A stretch of DNA of 64,000 nt from Trichinella spiralis (GCF_000181795.1 NW_003526943.1:7802672-7866671); one strand, 5' to 3'; counted from the first letter of the stretch, positions 50,409 through 63,394 are shown. Program-made: numbers and translations. The notes: generated by a model not told the origin, from the sequence alone.

Positions 50409-53400
50409 ATGGAAGTTTCTTTCTTACAAGGTGCACCACCTCGCAATTGGATAGATTTCATTTTAGTGCCAAATGATGTGCATAAATGTGTAGAAGAAGC
50501 AATTGCCGCAAATTCAGGTACAGCATTTAACGTTATTTTATGCTGCAATGTTGCTCTTGCATACGACAAACTTTATGTTACAAAGTTTATCATATTCTGA
50601 GTAGTTGTTTTTAAATATTTCTAATATACGATGTACATTTATGAAATACAGCTTTTACAATTATAATGAAAGATTTATTCTTTAGTTGTATCTGTTTATT
50701 TAGTCTATTCCCATTGTTGACATCAAAGGCACGCCGCTCTACATTTGATAGATCTTAAATTTCATTAGTTTACACTCCAGTTAAATTTCATTAGTTGTTG
50801 TTGTGATGAATTTTATTCGTTGTCGCCAACCTAACTTTTACTGGTTGTCATTGTAATGCGTACTATTTGTCAAATTTTGGTTTCTTTTTAATGGTCAGTT
50901 TTCTGATATTCGAAGCTTACTATTTTTATTCTATTTATATTAAGAAATTACTATTTAATGGTATTTATTTAATGAAACTAATTATAATTAATTATTTAAA
51001 TGAAATTGAGTAATATGGTGTATCCATCAGGAACCTTTTTGACTAATAATGGCAGTAACTTCTTCATTTGTTCACTTTTTATTCTATTCCCCTCAGCCTG
51101 TTTTATCCTGTATTCTGAAAATATCCTGAAATATATTTTGGAATGTCCCCAATATTTCTTCTGTTTACCGGTATGTTTCAGTTTATATGCCCTTCCTTCA
51201 AAAACAAGGGACATTTCACCGCAATAAATTTTTACTACTGAAAATTATATGTAACTTCATCGAATTAAATAATAAATTAATTGAAAGGAAACGTTTTAAC
51301 AAGGTCTTTAAAATGCTGAACAATACACACGCAGTAAACTGAGTCAGTTTAGCTCAAAGTAAAGCAAATTTCTTAGATCTGATCAGCAGTTGCATGAATG
51401 TAATTAACTATACCCACAATGAAACCGCAAGAAAATTTAAGTTACGCTGTTTGTTTAATTCAAATTCTTACACAAAGAAGCAATTCATGCAAAATTAAAG
51501 TTGCTTTATTTAAACAAGTTGTTTACTTTTATTTTGAATAGTTATTTTCTAATTTTAGATGAAGTTTTGGTAAACTTAGGCCATGACATTGCACAGCAGA
51601 TATCTAATGCAGAGAAAAAACTTGCCGATTCTTCTAGTACTGACGGTACGACTATTCATAATCATTATTTCAATATTATAATCTCATTTGCAGTGAAGCG
51701 ATTATACGGTTATATAATAATACTTAATTGAATGTTTCAAATGAAAAATATTGTTGTAAATATAAATAATGTAAATGCTAATTATTTATGTTAAATGTAA
51801 TGAAAATAAATAAATAAATATATATATAGAATGATAAAAGGTTAAATTTCTGGTAAATCGTTAAATAATTTTCTGGTAAATAAATTTTTATTTTAAGAAG
51901 TGAAGTCTACCCAGCATGTAAAAATAGGCAAGCTAACAATGTTTGGCGTCATACTTTGCAGTCACTGGAATTGGAATTTTAAATTGATTCATCACAAGTA
52001 ACACAAGTTTGATTTCAATTTTTGGAATTGCCATTTTTTAACGCAGACTGAATAATATTTAAAAAAAAAATTTTTTTTATTCTTAGAATTGGATATGGAA
52101 CCGTTCGACCGGCAGTTTTTCAACTGTTTTCAGCAACGTGGAACAGCGAATGTGTGCCTGAGATGTTTGCGGAAAATTTGTTGGAAAAAGCCGAAAATGG
52201 ATTGCAATTCGGTTCGGCAATTTTGTTTGCCAGATGGTCAGTTTTGATCTTTGTTATTTTGTAAATAATATATTTTCATATTAGTTAATATTTGACAAAT
52301 TGTTAAATTATGTGCATATTGTTCAGGAGAACGTTGCTTTTTTGTTTGTCAGTTTTTATTGTAATTATTATGCGTTTAGGATTCTCCACTGCATCACTTT
52401 CAAACAGCGTTCAGAGCAGTGGAAAATGCCATTGAATGTGTAAGGAAAGTTTTCATTGAAAACATTTAAATTGAACTGAATTTATATAGCATATGTTAAT
52501 AATTTTTTCCTTTAGCACCGATGAAAGTGCTCCATCTTCTCATGCTTATCCAGATTCTATTGATCAGGTAGGTAAATATGAATTTTCAATTGTACTACTG
52601 AAGCGGAAAAAAATATATGTTGGAATATTTTTAGCTTGACGGCTTTTTACCCGGTGCATTGCAGTTGCTTACGAAAGTGTGCGAGGAGAAGAAATTCGAC
52701 AAAGAATATCTGATAACTACAGCACGTTACATTGAATTTGAACAGTCGGAAAAAATGTCAGTACATTATAATAACTCGTCATGTTCTCCAGTAGATTTCA
52801 ATTATCTTCACGTCCAAGTAAAATTACTGAATGAGAAATTGAATCGGATAGGGAAAAACTGATGAAGATAATTCTTAATTGTTATTAATTTAGATATTAT
52901 TCGACTTTGGCGCTTATTATTTTTCATTGAAACAATTCGACCTTGCTAGAAAATATTTTACACTGTTGATTTCCGATATTTCCAGAATCAAGGTATAGAT
53001 AGTGTTTGTTTCTTGATTGATTATTTATCCAAATAAATAAATATATTATGATGATGGTATTAAAAAAAATTGTTTCCCCACTCACCATTCAGCCGGATCC
53101 GTTGAAACATTGTTACACGAAATTTGGAGAAATTCAAGGCTTTTGTACTGCTTTGAAATTGAATTGTCCAGGTGTGGTGGTTGTGAAGCGAAACGAAATG
53201 GACGAAATATTGAATCAAATTCCAACTGAGCAGGTTGTTTTCCAGTGTTTCTCTTCTCCAAATTAATTAATCAATTAATCAACTTCATCAGACTGCTGCG
53301 TATTTTTTGGATGCAAATGCGACGAAAGGAGTTTCTCTTGCTGAACGTTACTCTGTCGAAGAACGTGCAGCGACAGAGAAGTGAGCATTTATGGAATATT

Positions 53401-54039
53401 TAAATTTATAATTGGAATTAAAAAAAAATCTTCTTTTTAATTATAACTTTCAGCGTATTCACCGTCTACGCGCAGCTGCATTCGGCGAATATGTTGCACT
53501 TGTTGGCCAACGATGTGCAATTGTACTGTTCAAATAGTGAATTGCAGTTCTTCGATCGACCAGAAAATGTGGCAATATTTTGTCTTGTTAAGTTATTTAA
53601 AATTTTCTTTCTTTGTTTGTTTTTAATTGAAATGCATATTTCATTTCAAGGTATTGAAAAAGTATATTGGAAACAAGAAATTGTTGCCTATCACACTGAG
53701 AAACGGGCTGAAGTAAGAAAAACTACAGTTTTTTTTCACAAGGTCTCTCGGTTGGGAATAAAAATGAAATTTGCATTTCTTTTTTTTTGAGGTACATTTG
53801 TGAACACGTTCCGGCGTTGTACGAATCGTTGAGCAACTGCGGCATGTTGAGTCTGCTGCCGGAGATGAAGATCAAGAAGGAGCAGAAGAGCGCCATTGCA
53901 ATGGTCGATGATGATGACGATGACGATGACAGCGATGACAATGATGATGATGACGACGACGACGAGGACGGCGACGACGATGATGATGATGATGACGACG
54001 ACGAAGTGGACGACGATGATGATGATACTATGATGATGA
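50409..54039 (+). CDS. INTS8: Probable Integrator complex subunit 8, N-terminal portion; interrupted by the gap at 54040
   Basis: Spliced exons give NWIDFIL, KLTMFGVILCSHWNWNFKLI, AILFARWILH, ILFDFGAYYF...ARKYF and IQGFCTA. These parallel, from memory, INTS8 motifs SWFEFLL, KLLALKVAAHLKWDL, LLYNRWAIR, CYDLGAAYF and LAGYCQA. Confidence 0.65.
51140..51420 (-). mobile_element. FLYWCH/MULE transposase 5' remnant inside the first INTS8 intron
   Basis: MSLVFEGRAYKLKHTGKQKKYW is a FLYWCH N-terminus resembling the 18447-18569 exon; the frame then decays. Confidence 0.6.
53907..54039 (+). repeat. (GAT/GAC)n trinucleotide tract encoding poly-Asp, running into the gap
   Basis: About 40 codons, nearly all Asp, in frame with the exon starting at ~53792. 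Confidence 0.9.
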
Positions 54040-54429
54040 NNNNNNNNNNNNNNNNNNNNNNNNNNNNNNNNNNNNNNNNNNNNNNNNNNNNNNNNNNNNN
54101 NNNNNNNNNNNNNNNNNNNNNNNNNNNNNNNNNNNNNNNNNNNNNNNNNNNNNNNNNNNNNNNNNNNNNNNNNNNNNNNNNNNNNNNNNNNNNNNNNNNN
54201 NNNNNNNNNNNNNNNNNNNNNNNNNNNNNNNNNNNNNNNNNNNNNNNNNNNNNNNNNNNNNNNNNNNNNNNNNNNNNNNNNNNNNNNNNNNNNNNNNNNN
54301 NNNNNNNNNNNNNNNNNNNNNNNNNNNNNNNNNNNNNNNNNNNNNNNNNNNNNNNNNNNNNNNNNNNNNNNNNNNNNNNNNNNNNNNNNNNNNNNNNNNN
54401 NNNNNNNNNNNNNNNNNNNNNNNNNNNNN

Positions 54430-54490
54430 AAGATTTGACGGTCCAATAAAATGGCGTGGCAAAGACAAATAAGAGAAAAGTGGGACCGAG
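54430..54490 (+). repeat. Near-identical copy of ~57118-57179
   Basis: agatttgacggtccaataaaat...aagagaaaagtgggaccgag is present at both sites, each next to a gap. Confidence 0.85.
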
Positions 54491-56142
54491 TAAGAACACC
54501 CCTTTGTAATGGTATTTGCCACTGAGAATTTAAAATTTGCGCGTAGTTACAATAATGCACAATGAATCAGGAAAATACAACTGTTCTGTCCGTGAGAAGA
54601 TAAACTGAAGCTGACCAAATTTAGGATGATTTTGTTATTTATGTTCATGAGGCTTGCCCATCATTTGGACAAGTTTGCTGATATGGTTCTCCTAAGCTGT
54701 GTTATCATAGCGCAAATTTAATCCAGCAGCATTCATATTTAATCATATGCACATTTTCTCCATACATACATGAAAAACAACATAAAAGTAAACAAACAAA
54801 GGATGATGTTGATATCTAACATATTAACACAAAAGAATTTATAAACATCAACAACATTCAGATTTTTATAATTAATAATTACCAAATTTATCTAACTTTC
54901 CTCAAAACAAACAGCTGTTTACAAGAGAATTTTATTTAAGCAGATTGTTGCTTTCGGTTGTTCAAAATTATACAGTGCAAACTATTAACAAGATAGCTAA
55001 TGAACAATGAAAACATTTTCCTGCTAATGCAGTATACAATTCATAAGCATGTAGTGATTCGTATAGAAACAGCAAAATAAAATTTTTGTTATAAAAACAG
55101 TCATTTGATTGCTTGATAAGCGGAAAATTTATTCTCGCATAAAAAAAAGTCAACAAAGTAAGGAGCATAAATATCTTGTATAATAAAATCAAACATTTTA
55201 ATAAAGTGCTTCTTTTATTGACGCTAACTGTATTTCTGTGTATTTAATAATATAACAGAGTTGTACAAAACTTTTTGTGAGCACAAATCTATCTAGCACA
55301 AAAACTATGGAGTAGGAATCATTGCAAACGATTGCATATTCAAAGAATTTAATTACTATCAGATTCCGCTGGAATATCATATTTATTTTAATTTCATAAA
55401 TCCAACATGCGCACTTTCAAATACTTAACGCAAAGTATTTTTATAAAAATTTATTTAAAAAATATCATAATCACTGAAATATTAATTGACTCTATTAATG
55501 CAACAAATACTGTGATTTTAGCATAGGCAGCAGTCAGTTTTGCTGAATCCCATAACTATAAAAGATGGTTAAATTTATACGATAATGAAAATTATAAAGT
55601 TATTGAAATTATAATACATATATTATAAAATAATATCACATCAATATAAAACTTAAAACAATATCACATGTTGAAATAAAAGCAAAAAATTGTTTAAATT
55701 AATGAAATAGTTAATATGAATAGGTCAAGAAGTAAAATTATTTGCGATTCAAAAAGTTACTGTTAACAGCATTATTGAATTTCATGAAAGTGATTGATGG
55801 CAAAACGGTAGGAGATAATCGCCAACTTTTGTCGTTTAATTCTTCGTAAAAAAGAATCGAACAATATGGATAATTTCCTCCCATTGAATTAATTTCATTT
55901 TGTGGAATGTTCGTCTCATCCGCTTTGTTCAAATAACGAGTAATTGCATCCATTGTCAAGCTGTGCACAATGAACAAGATGTTACCGTTTTCTGAAAAAT
56001 TAAATTAATTATTGAATTCAATAAAATTTAATCGATATTCATGAAATATACGNNNNNNNNNNNNNNNNNNNNNNNNNNNNNNTTTCAACACGCAACAAAA
56101 CTTATTTAAAAACAGTGAGAGCAGATTTATTTTTCAGGAGGG

Positions 56143-56665
56143 AAATCGGTAATGGACATACAAATTAAAACGTGTCCACAAACAGAAATATTGGAGGTGT
56201 TCAAAAGTATGCGCTGAATGTACAGCATGTGTTCCTAGTTATTAACAATTACTTTATTTTGGTATAGGATAAAGAAGGCGGCGGGGGTGCAGTGTGGATA
56301 GATTTAGAAGTTCCGGATGGGATCGATAGAAAAGATCACGTTGAAACCTACCGGGTAGATGAGCACCTGGCCTATATAGACTGATGGCAACCGTAAAAAC
56401 TTGGGGTACGGATGGTACATTCAAGGTTGTACCAATGATATCAATAGCATTTTACCATCCATGAAATTGTGGCGAGTAAGCTGGTGCCACTAGTCTGTTG
56501 CTACGTACGGTTAAAGATATTGGCAAATAAGAGTTTATTTTTCAAGCTTCAATAAACAAAGCGGCTGTCCTTAGCGTCAATCTTTATCCACAAACAATGA
56601 TTTGTAATTTTGAAATCACCCTGATACCACTTTGTTAATGTCGTTCACTGATATGTTGTTTACTA
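56143..56665 (+). repeat. ~520-bp near-identical duplicate of 57190-57719
   Basis: Identical from aaatcggtaatggacatac onward, apart from a few substitutions and homopolymer slips near the end of the second copy. Confidence 0.92.
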
Positions 56666-57729
56666 TTGTTGTTGTTAGTGCTGTTGGCTAGTGAAAAATA
56701 AAAATCACTATTTAACTTATTTTTTGTATTGTTTTTTCTGAATGATTACTATCGCATTTGATATAACGTCACTTTGGTACAATAAAATAGAGGACAATGA
56801 TAAAAATTATTTTCAAAAATACTGATAATGAAAAAGTATAGACTACACAACAAATAATATATTTAAATAAACAAAATTTCAATGAATGACGAAACTTCAA
56901 ACAAACAATAAAATTTTGGAATAATAAATATTTCCATTTTTTATGTTACGTCACTATTATTAAAGTTACGTAATCCTAAATGGAATATTTGAACCAATGA
57001 AATGAAAAGATATTACAGCTAATCACAACTGAAGAGTTTGAATTAATGAGCAATTAGACAAGGGAAACCAATACGACAAAGACTTCACGGCCCAATAAAA
57101 TGAAAACCAATACGACAAAGATTTGACGGTCCAATAAAATAGCGTGGGCAAAGACCAATAAGAGAAAAGTGGGACCGAGNNNNNNNNNNAAATCGGTAAT
57201 GGACATACAAATTAAAACGTGTCCACAAACAGAAATATTGGAGGTGTTCAAAAGTATGCGCTGAATGTACAGCATGTGTTCCTAGTTATTAACAATTACT
57301 TTATTTTGGTATAGGATAAAGAAGGCGGCGGGGGTGCAGTGTGGACAGATTTAGAAGTTCCGGATGGGATCGATAGAAAAGATCACGTTGAAACCTACCG
57401 GGTAGATGAGCACCTGGCCTATATAGACTGATGGCAACCGTAAAAACTTGGGGTACGGATGGTACATTCAAGGTTGTACCAATGATATCAATAGCATTTT
57501 ACCATCCATGAAATTGTGGCGAGTAAGCTGGTGCCACTAGTCTGTTGCTACGTACGGTTAAAGAAATTGGCAAATAAGAGTTTATTTTTCAAGCTTCAAT
57601 AAACAAAGCGGCTGTCCTTAGCGTCAATCTTTATCCCACAAACAATGATTTTGTAATTTTTGAAATCCCCCCTGATACCACTTTTGTTTAATGTCGTTCA
57701 CTGATATGTTGTTTTACTANNNNNNNNNN

Positions 57730-58286
57730 TGATGTTCAATTGGGAAACACTGGAAACAGGCCTGAATTGTTCAAAAAAAGTCACGATTTTCAAAATACAG
57801 GGGAAAGTGATGATAGATGGTACCATGAAAGCGGATGATGGATATTGTCCATTTTTGGCACCGATTCCGAGAAGAAATGAAGCTGATGAGTGGAATAAAT
57901 ACTATTATGATTTTATGAGCACAAATTTGTCATTTCATGAACAGCAACGGAAAGATTTGTTTTTTGAACCGGTGAAACATGAAAACGTTATGCGTCGAAA
58001 TCCGTATAGGTATAAGAAATTAATAATAATCAAATCTTCGGATGTTGAGAAATTGGTTGGAAAACATGGAAGTGTTTTATGGGCAATTCAAACGATCACC
58101 GACACGTTGATCATTATTGAAAATTTCACGTTTACAAAGAATTTCAAAAGAATAATCTTTTGTGCGGCAAATGCAAGAAATTTGAGATCAACTATCCACT
58201 TTATCCGTATTTTGATTGAAAATAAGTTAAATGTTCAACGTCTTGCTGATAATATGGCGAAGGTTGCAAATTTGAATTTTTCTTAA
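57730..58286 (+). CDS. C-terminal part of the KH-domain protein; inverted overlap with window bases 1-229
   Basis: KADDGYCPFLAPIPRRNE is shared with ORF 70-999. KH motif KKLIII...VEKLVGKHGSVLWAIQTITDTLIII. Confidence 0.7.
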
Positions 58287-60092
58287 TGGAAATGATGAAA
58301 ATTTCAACGATGAAGAAAACCGATGAAAAAATTGAAAATAGCTTGCATATTTTATTTTAAAATTTTTATAAAATGTTTCATTATTATCCTTTTACGTTTG
58401 CATAAATTTAGATTGACTTGTTTTCTAAATTTCAATGCGCATTTGATTTTTGTAATAATGAAGATGATCTTTACGTGATATATGATGATAGTGCTTATTT
58501 TGTTTGAATAATAAAATACACTGCATGTAATATTCGATGTTTTTACTTATTCTGATAAATTATATTTTATGAAATGTTTTCAACTATTCAACATATTGAT
58601 GGTGTGAAAATATTTCATGACAGTAGCTCAATAATTCAATGGAGCTCTCATGCATCCCATTATAGTTTGTTCATAACTATGTAATTTTATGCTCGTCTGC
58701 TCGCTTGTTTGTTTCTAATACCGTAACTTATATCTAAAATTTATGTACTGATTCAGTGGCTTATGCAGCTGTGCTTGAAAGCACGCAACTTAATGAATGG
58801 TATTATTTACTTTTTCCAGTTTTAACACTTTAGAAGTTGGTCAATGTTTCTTTGTGTGTGAGCAAATAAAATCAGAATTTTAATATACTTTTAGAATTAA
58901 TTAAAACTGTCAAATTTTTTACAAGGAAACTTAATTTTACGCGGTTTTGAATAAAGTAACTTCATTTTACTAAATGTCATCTACTCTTGCAGTTAATAGG
59001 GATAAAAACGTTTCACGGATATTTGCCTCAATTTGGGCAATGCAAAATAAGGCGTATGTAGCAAATATCAATTTTAATTTTATTTAGCAGAACAGTTCTG
59101 ATTTTGTAATGGATTTGGTCGACTTGGGGACAAATTTTCACCGCCTTTTCTTATTGGTCGTTCAACGCATGTTGCATTTCAAATTACATTTGAACTTGGT
59201 TATAAGTGAGCATGGAACTTCGAAAAAATTTCCATGCACTTATCCATTATTTTACCGTTTAATCAACTACAGGAAATTTTTTTCGGCCAAAATCTTATGC
59301 ACTTAACCAAGTTCGACTGTATTTTATATGAAATGTATAAACGTCAAACATGATTTTTCATGTAAACAGCAAAACTCATCGACATATATAAAAATACATA
59401 TATGGATGTTTTGTAACGAAAGAAACTTTGTAAATATTAAAGTAAAATTCTTGTATTGCAAATAAGAAAGATTTAAATAGAACACTCCCAGTAAAATCAA
59501 GAAATTAATCAGATGCTAAGAATTTAGTATTTGTCACTCCTTGGTTAAGCTTGAAAGCTGCAACTGTGAACAATTTGTCACTTGTGCATTTTCCCTTTGT
59601 ATTAAAATCGCCTATACCAACAAATGTGATGTGACGAGAAAAGCGAAGAATGTTTGACAAAGGCATATGCGTGAAATCATGCGTAAAATTAAGTGAAATT
59701 GCGAGCTGAAACGTAACGTTAGCATTAGTGCATTTGTAACCCGGAATTAAAGTGTGCCACACATTCCACATTTTTCAACTGATTATCAGTATTCTGATAT
59801 ACACCCGGAAGTNNNNNNNNNNNNNNNNNNNNNNNNNNNNNNNNNNNNNNNNNNNNNNNNNNNNNNNNNNNNNNNNNNNNNNNNNNNNNNNNNNNNNNNN
59901 NNNNNNNNNNNNNNNNNNNNNNNNNNNNNNNNNNNNNNNNNNNNNNNNNNNNNNNNNNNNNNNNNNNNNNNNNNNNNNNNNNNNNNNNNNNNNNNNNNNN
60001 NNNNNNNNNNNNNNNNNNNNNNNNNNNNNNNNNNNNNNNNNNNNNNNNNNNNNNNNNNNNNNNNNNNNNNNNNNNNNNNNNNNNNNNNNNNN

Positions 60093-60929
60093 AGTCGGGC
60101 AGTTCGATTCGAATACTGTTCACCTGGTCGGACAGAGCTTTGATCTGCGGTACGGTCATGTATTGGCTGAAATGTTCGAGCACGTTCTGTATACCGGGCA
60201 ACAGGTTGGAGATGTCGCGAAAATTTTTCGTCCTTTAAAAATTCAAACGATAATCAAATATATATATTTTTATATTTAAATTCATCTCGATTATTCACTT
60301 GACAAAACTTTCCAACGATTCCAAACCACTGACCAACATGTGCAGGTGATTCAACGTCGTTATCGAAGCGGTCAAATTTTTCTTCGCCAAATCCAACTGC
60401 CTGATATCGCGGGTGATCTCCTTGACCGTCGTCTCGGACATGTCGGTTTGGCGCTTGATGTCCATTATTCGACCGAACAATTCTCGCATCGCCTGCTTGG
60501 TCTGCTCCAAAAGCGCTTCGCTGTCCAACTGGGCGACGCTTTGCTTTTCCAATATATCCGATATTTCCTGGTCAACTTGATCAATCTGACGCTGCACATC
60601 CGCCATCACTTGACCGACGTGTGCTGAACAAAGAAAGAATAAAAAATCTTTTTTTTTCTTTTAATCTTAATACAACTAAAAAACAAAATACTGAATTACC
60701 TACCTAAACTCGGTTCTGATGGAAATAAATGATTGATGTAGGAAATGGCACAAAAGTCGGGCTTGTTGAATGGATCTTCCGGATCGGCTACGGAATCCAA
60801 CGCCGACTGTACAGTTTCGGAGAAACGTACCGGCGTCTGCAAGTCCATCACGCGAAGCCATTTCGGCTTTTGCTCTTCTGAATCACCACTCATCATTCGT
60901 TTCTCAATTTCAGTTCGCTCGCTGTTCAT
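60093..60929 (-). CDS. VPS53: GARP/EARP subunit VPS53, first three exons; truncated by the gap
   Basis: DPFNKPDFCAISYINHLFPSEPSL, SETTVKEITRDIRQLDLAKKNLTASITTLNHLHMLVSG and VLEHFSQY..VPQI. Confidence 0.93.
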
Positions 60930-61053
60930 TTATTTAAAAAAACAATTGAAACGTTCGTTGTAAACAGCAAAAAAACAACAAAACAATATCTTTCCGCCAA
61001 CGGACTCAACCAGTGCAAAACAACGTGGAACAAAAAAATATAAACGACAATTT

Positions 61054-63394
61054 TTAATAATCACTAGGAAGCCTTTGAATACACATCACATTTTTCAGGT
61101 GGCGATCATCAACTCCATCGGTTTCGGTAGGTACGTACAAAAAGTGATATCGACCATCCTCGTAGGCCCAATCGACATTGCTGCACAAAGGTTTCGGAAT
61201 CTTCGGATATATATATATATATAATTTTAACATATAACAAACAAACAATTCACTCACCTGCAACGTTCTATGACGTGGGGCATTCGGTTCTGCTTGTTCA
61301 CTGAGAATCTGCCGCATCCGTCGCCAAAGGAGAAAGTAATCCCGTTGCGGTGGGTTCAATTTATGACAATGCGTATTCAGCTGGTCATTGCTCACCATGT
61401 AACAATGCTTGCCGCTGCTCACCGCAGCGACAATCACAAACGCGTCGTCGTTTGTTCTGAATAATAATTAATTTGCATATGAAAATTTTCATATGAAGTT
61501 CATATCAAAACAACAACGTACTCATTGGAGACGGAAAACAATTTGGCCATTGCACGCAACGAATCGGAAGCAAAACGCATAAAATGATCCCGTCCAATAA
61601 CCAAAATATTTCTGAATTTCAACTCAAATCTCAACAGACGAACCAAACGAGTAATCTGTTGATGAAAATAAAAAGTTAAATTTCAAAAAACAAATTTTTT
61701 TCTTCTCAATTTTACACGTCTTATGTGAACGTCGTTGCTGGTCGGACCTCCAAGATAGGCTACGTTGCAACCGTCGACCACGACGTCAAATGGATCATTT
61801 CTATTCAGAAATCTAAATTGCAAAAAAAAATAATAAATAAAATTTCCACATTCAAAAGGAAAAAAAATTAGTGAACAAACTGTCGAAAACGGTAGTATTC
61901 CTCTGGTGAAGTTTGACGGTAAACACTGTCACCGATGACAATTCGCTTAACTAATTCATCTTTCATTGAGTTGAAATCTTCATCCGACAGTGTCAACTGC
62001 TTCAAAGGACTACTGCAACAAGAACAACAGCCGCTGTCTGTTACGATTCCACAATCAACTGACCATTTGATTTCTGAAAAACTAAACAAGAAAACACAAA
62101 ATTAAACCGTATTTTATTCAATTTAAAACTGACGTTGTTACAATCATTTAAAAAAAATTCTAAACATATTTATAAACAACAACAAACGAAAACTGTAAAA
62201 TCCCTAATTTTACTTAATTAAGTGAAATATATATTATATACTGTACGATTGCGTTAACAATAAAAAGCAAGTCAAGATCAAAAGGAAAAAAAATAAGGCA
62301 GGCGCCAATTCAAGAATGATAATTACATTGGCCGATATGACAACGAGAACGGTGTCTGTCTAGCGACACAAACATTTTCCTATATATATATAGCGTGATT
62401 GTGGCGCTTAGACATATGGCTGTTTTGTAAAATAGCTTGTGTATATGTGTGCTGTTAGTGCTTGCATCGGTTTGCAAATAAACGATAATGACCAGAGACA
62501 TGAATGACCGACAAAAGTGAACCTAACACCGGATGTCACAATATATTACCTTGCAAAATAACTTTTGAATGCTTCAACGGCCGATTCGTCGAAAGTACAG
62601 GACTGACTTTCGCCGTAAAAGATCACATAGTGGGCCAATTCTCGCAAACTTCTCCACTCGCCATTTTGCTGGAGCTGCTCTTTCAAATATTTCGACATCT
62701 CCATGTGACATGAAGCGCTCAAAGTGTACGGACTCTTCATTCGCATGGACCAAATCGAGTCAACATTACTGTACCGACAGGCAGCAATGAAAAGTGTGCT
62801 AATCAAGCGGCGTTTCGTCGGACAGTCCAAAACACTGGACCACATCGATAAGCATTGGTGAAAATGTCCACACATGCATAAAACGATCGCCTTCTGGTAT
62901 GTGAAAAAATTTGGAAAGCTTTTCTCCATGACAAGTATATGTTCCAAAAGTTGAATGGCCACTCCTGAGTGAAAATGTTCAAAGTCTTTCAAAAAACACT
63001 GTTCTAAAAGATGCACTGCTTGTTTAATGGTAACTGGATTGTCCAAGCCAGTGTCGAACAAGTAACTGATATAAGAGACTCCAAGCTCAAAATAACAATT
63101 CTCTTCCAGTACTCTGAACACTGCACAATCAACTGTATTTTGCTTATCTGAACTTTCCAACAGCATTGTTCTAAAACAATACCAATCGTCATTGGACACG
63201 ATATCGTTGTGCACAATGTACGAGTGAATTGTTTGGTACAAAGCTTTAGATTTCGAATCCGTACGGAGTACTTGATCCATATCAGTTGAGGTAGAACAAA
63301 ATTTCAACAGGCGACCAGTAAATTGTTTCTCAATTTCAAATCGACGAAACCAACGCAAATCAACAACAAGTCGACGTAAAGCCAACACAAACAT
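61054..63394 (-). CDS. PRORP: Mitochondrial protein-only RNase P catalytic subunit (PRORP/MRPP3); multi-exon, large intron 62082-62549
   Basis: Arg-rich mitochondrial presequence and helical-repeat N-terminus. Zn site CSCC...H...C. TSPEE..RF..F, FDVVVDGCNVA, LVIGRDH, NDDAF, VSNDQ..H and W.R.RQ NYN-domain motifs. Confidence 0.88.

Noticed and set aside
52894..52992. Suspected frameshift in an INTS8 exon
   Set aside because: On re-reading, the frame is open (ILFDFGAYYFSLKQFDLARKYF).
53723..54560. Long ORFs spanning the N gap, including poly-Ser and poly-Ile/Val frames
   Set aside because: Artefacts of translating Ns and of the antisense strand of the GAT/GAC repeat.
59505..59771. 88-aa minus-strand ORF next to the gap
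   Set aside because: No recognisable domain and it sits at a contig end; insufficient support.
59725..60279. ORFs bridging the 59813-60092 gap
   Set aside because: The gap joins unrelated contigs; only the VPS53 part is supported.
62519..62527. AACCTAAC as a telomerase RNA template
   Set aside because: Too short, fits TTAGG rather than the usual nematode TTAGGC, and there is no supporting pseudoknot or H/ACA layout.
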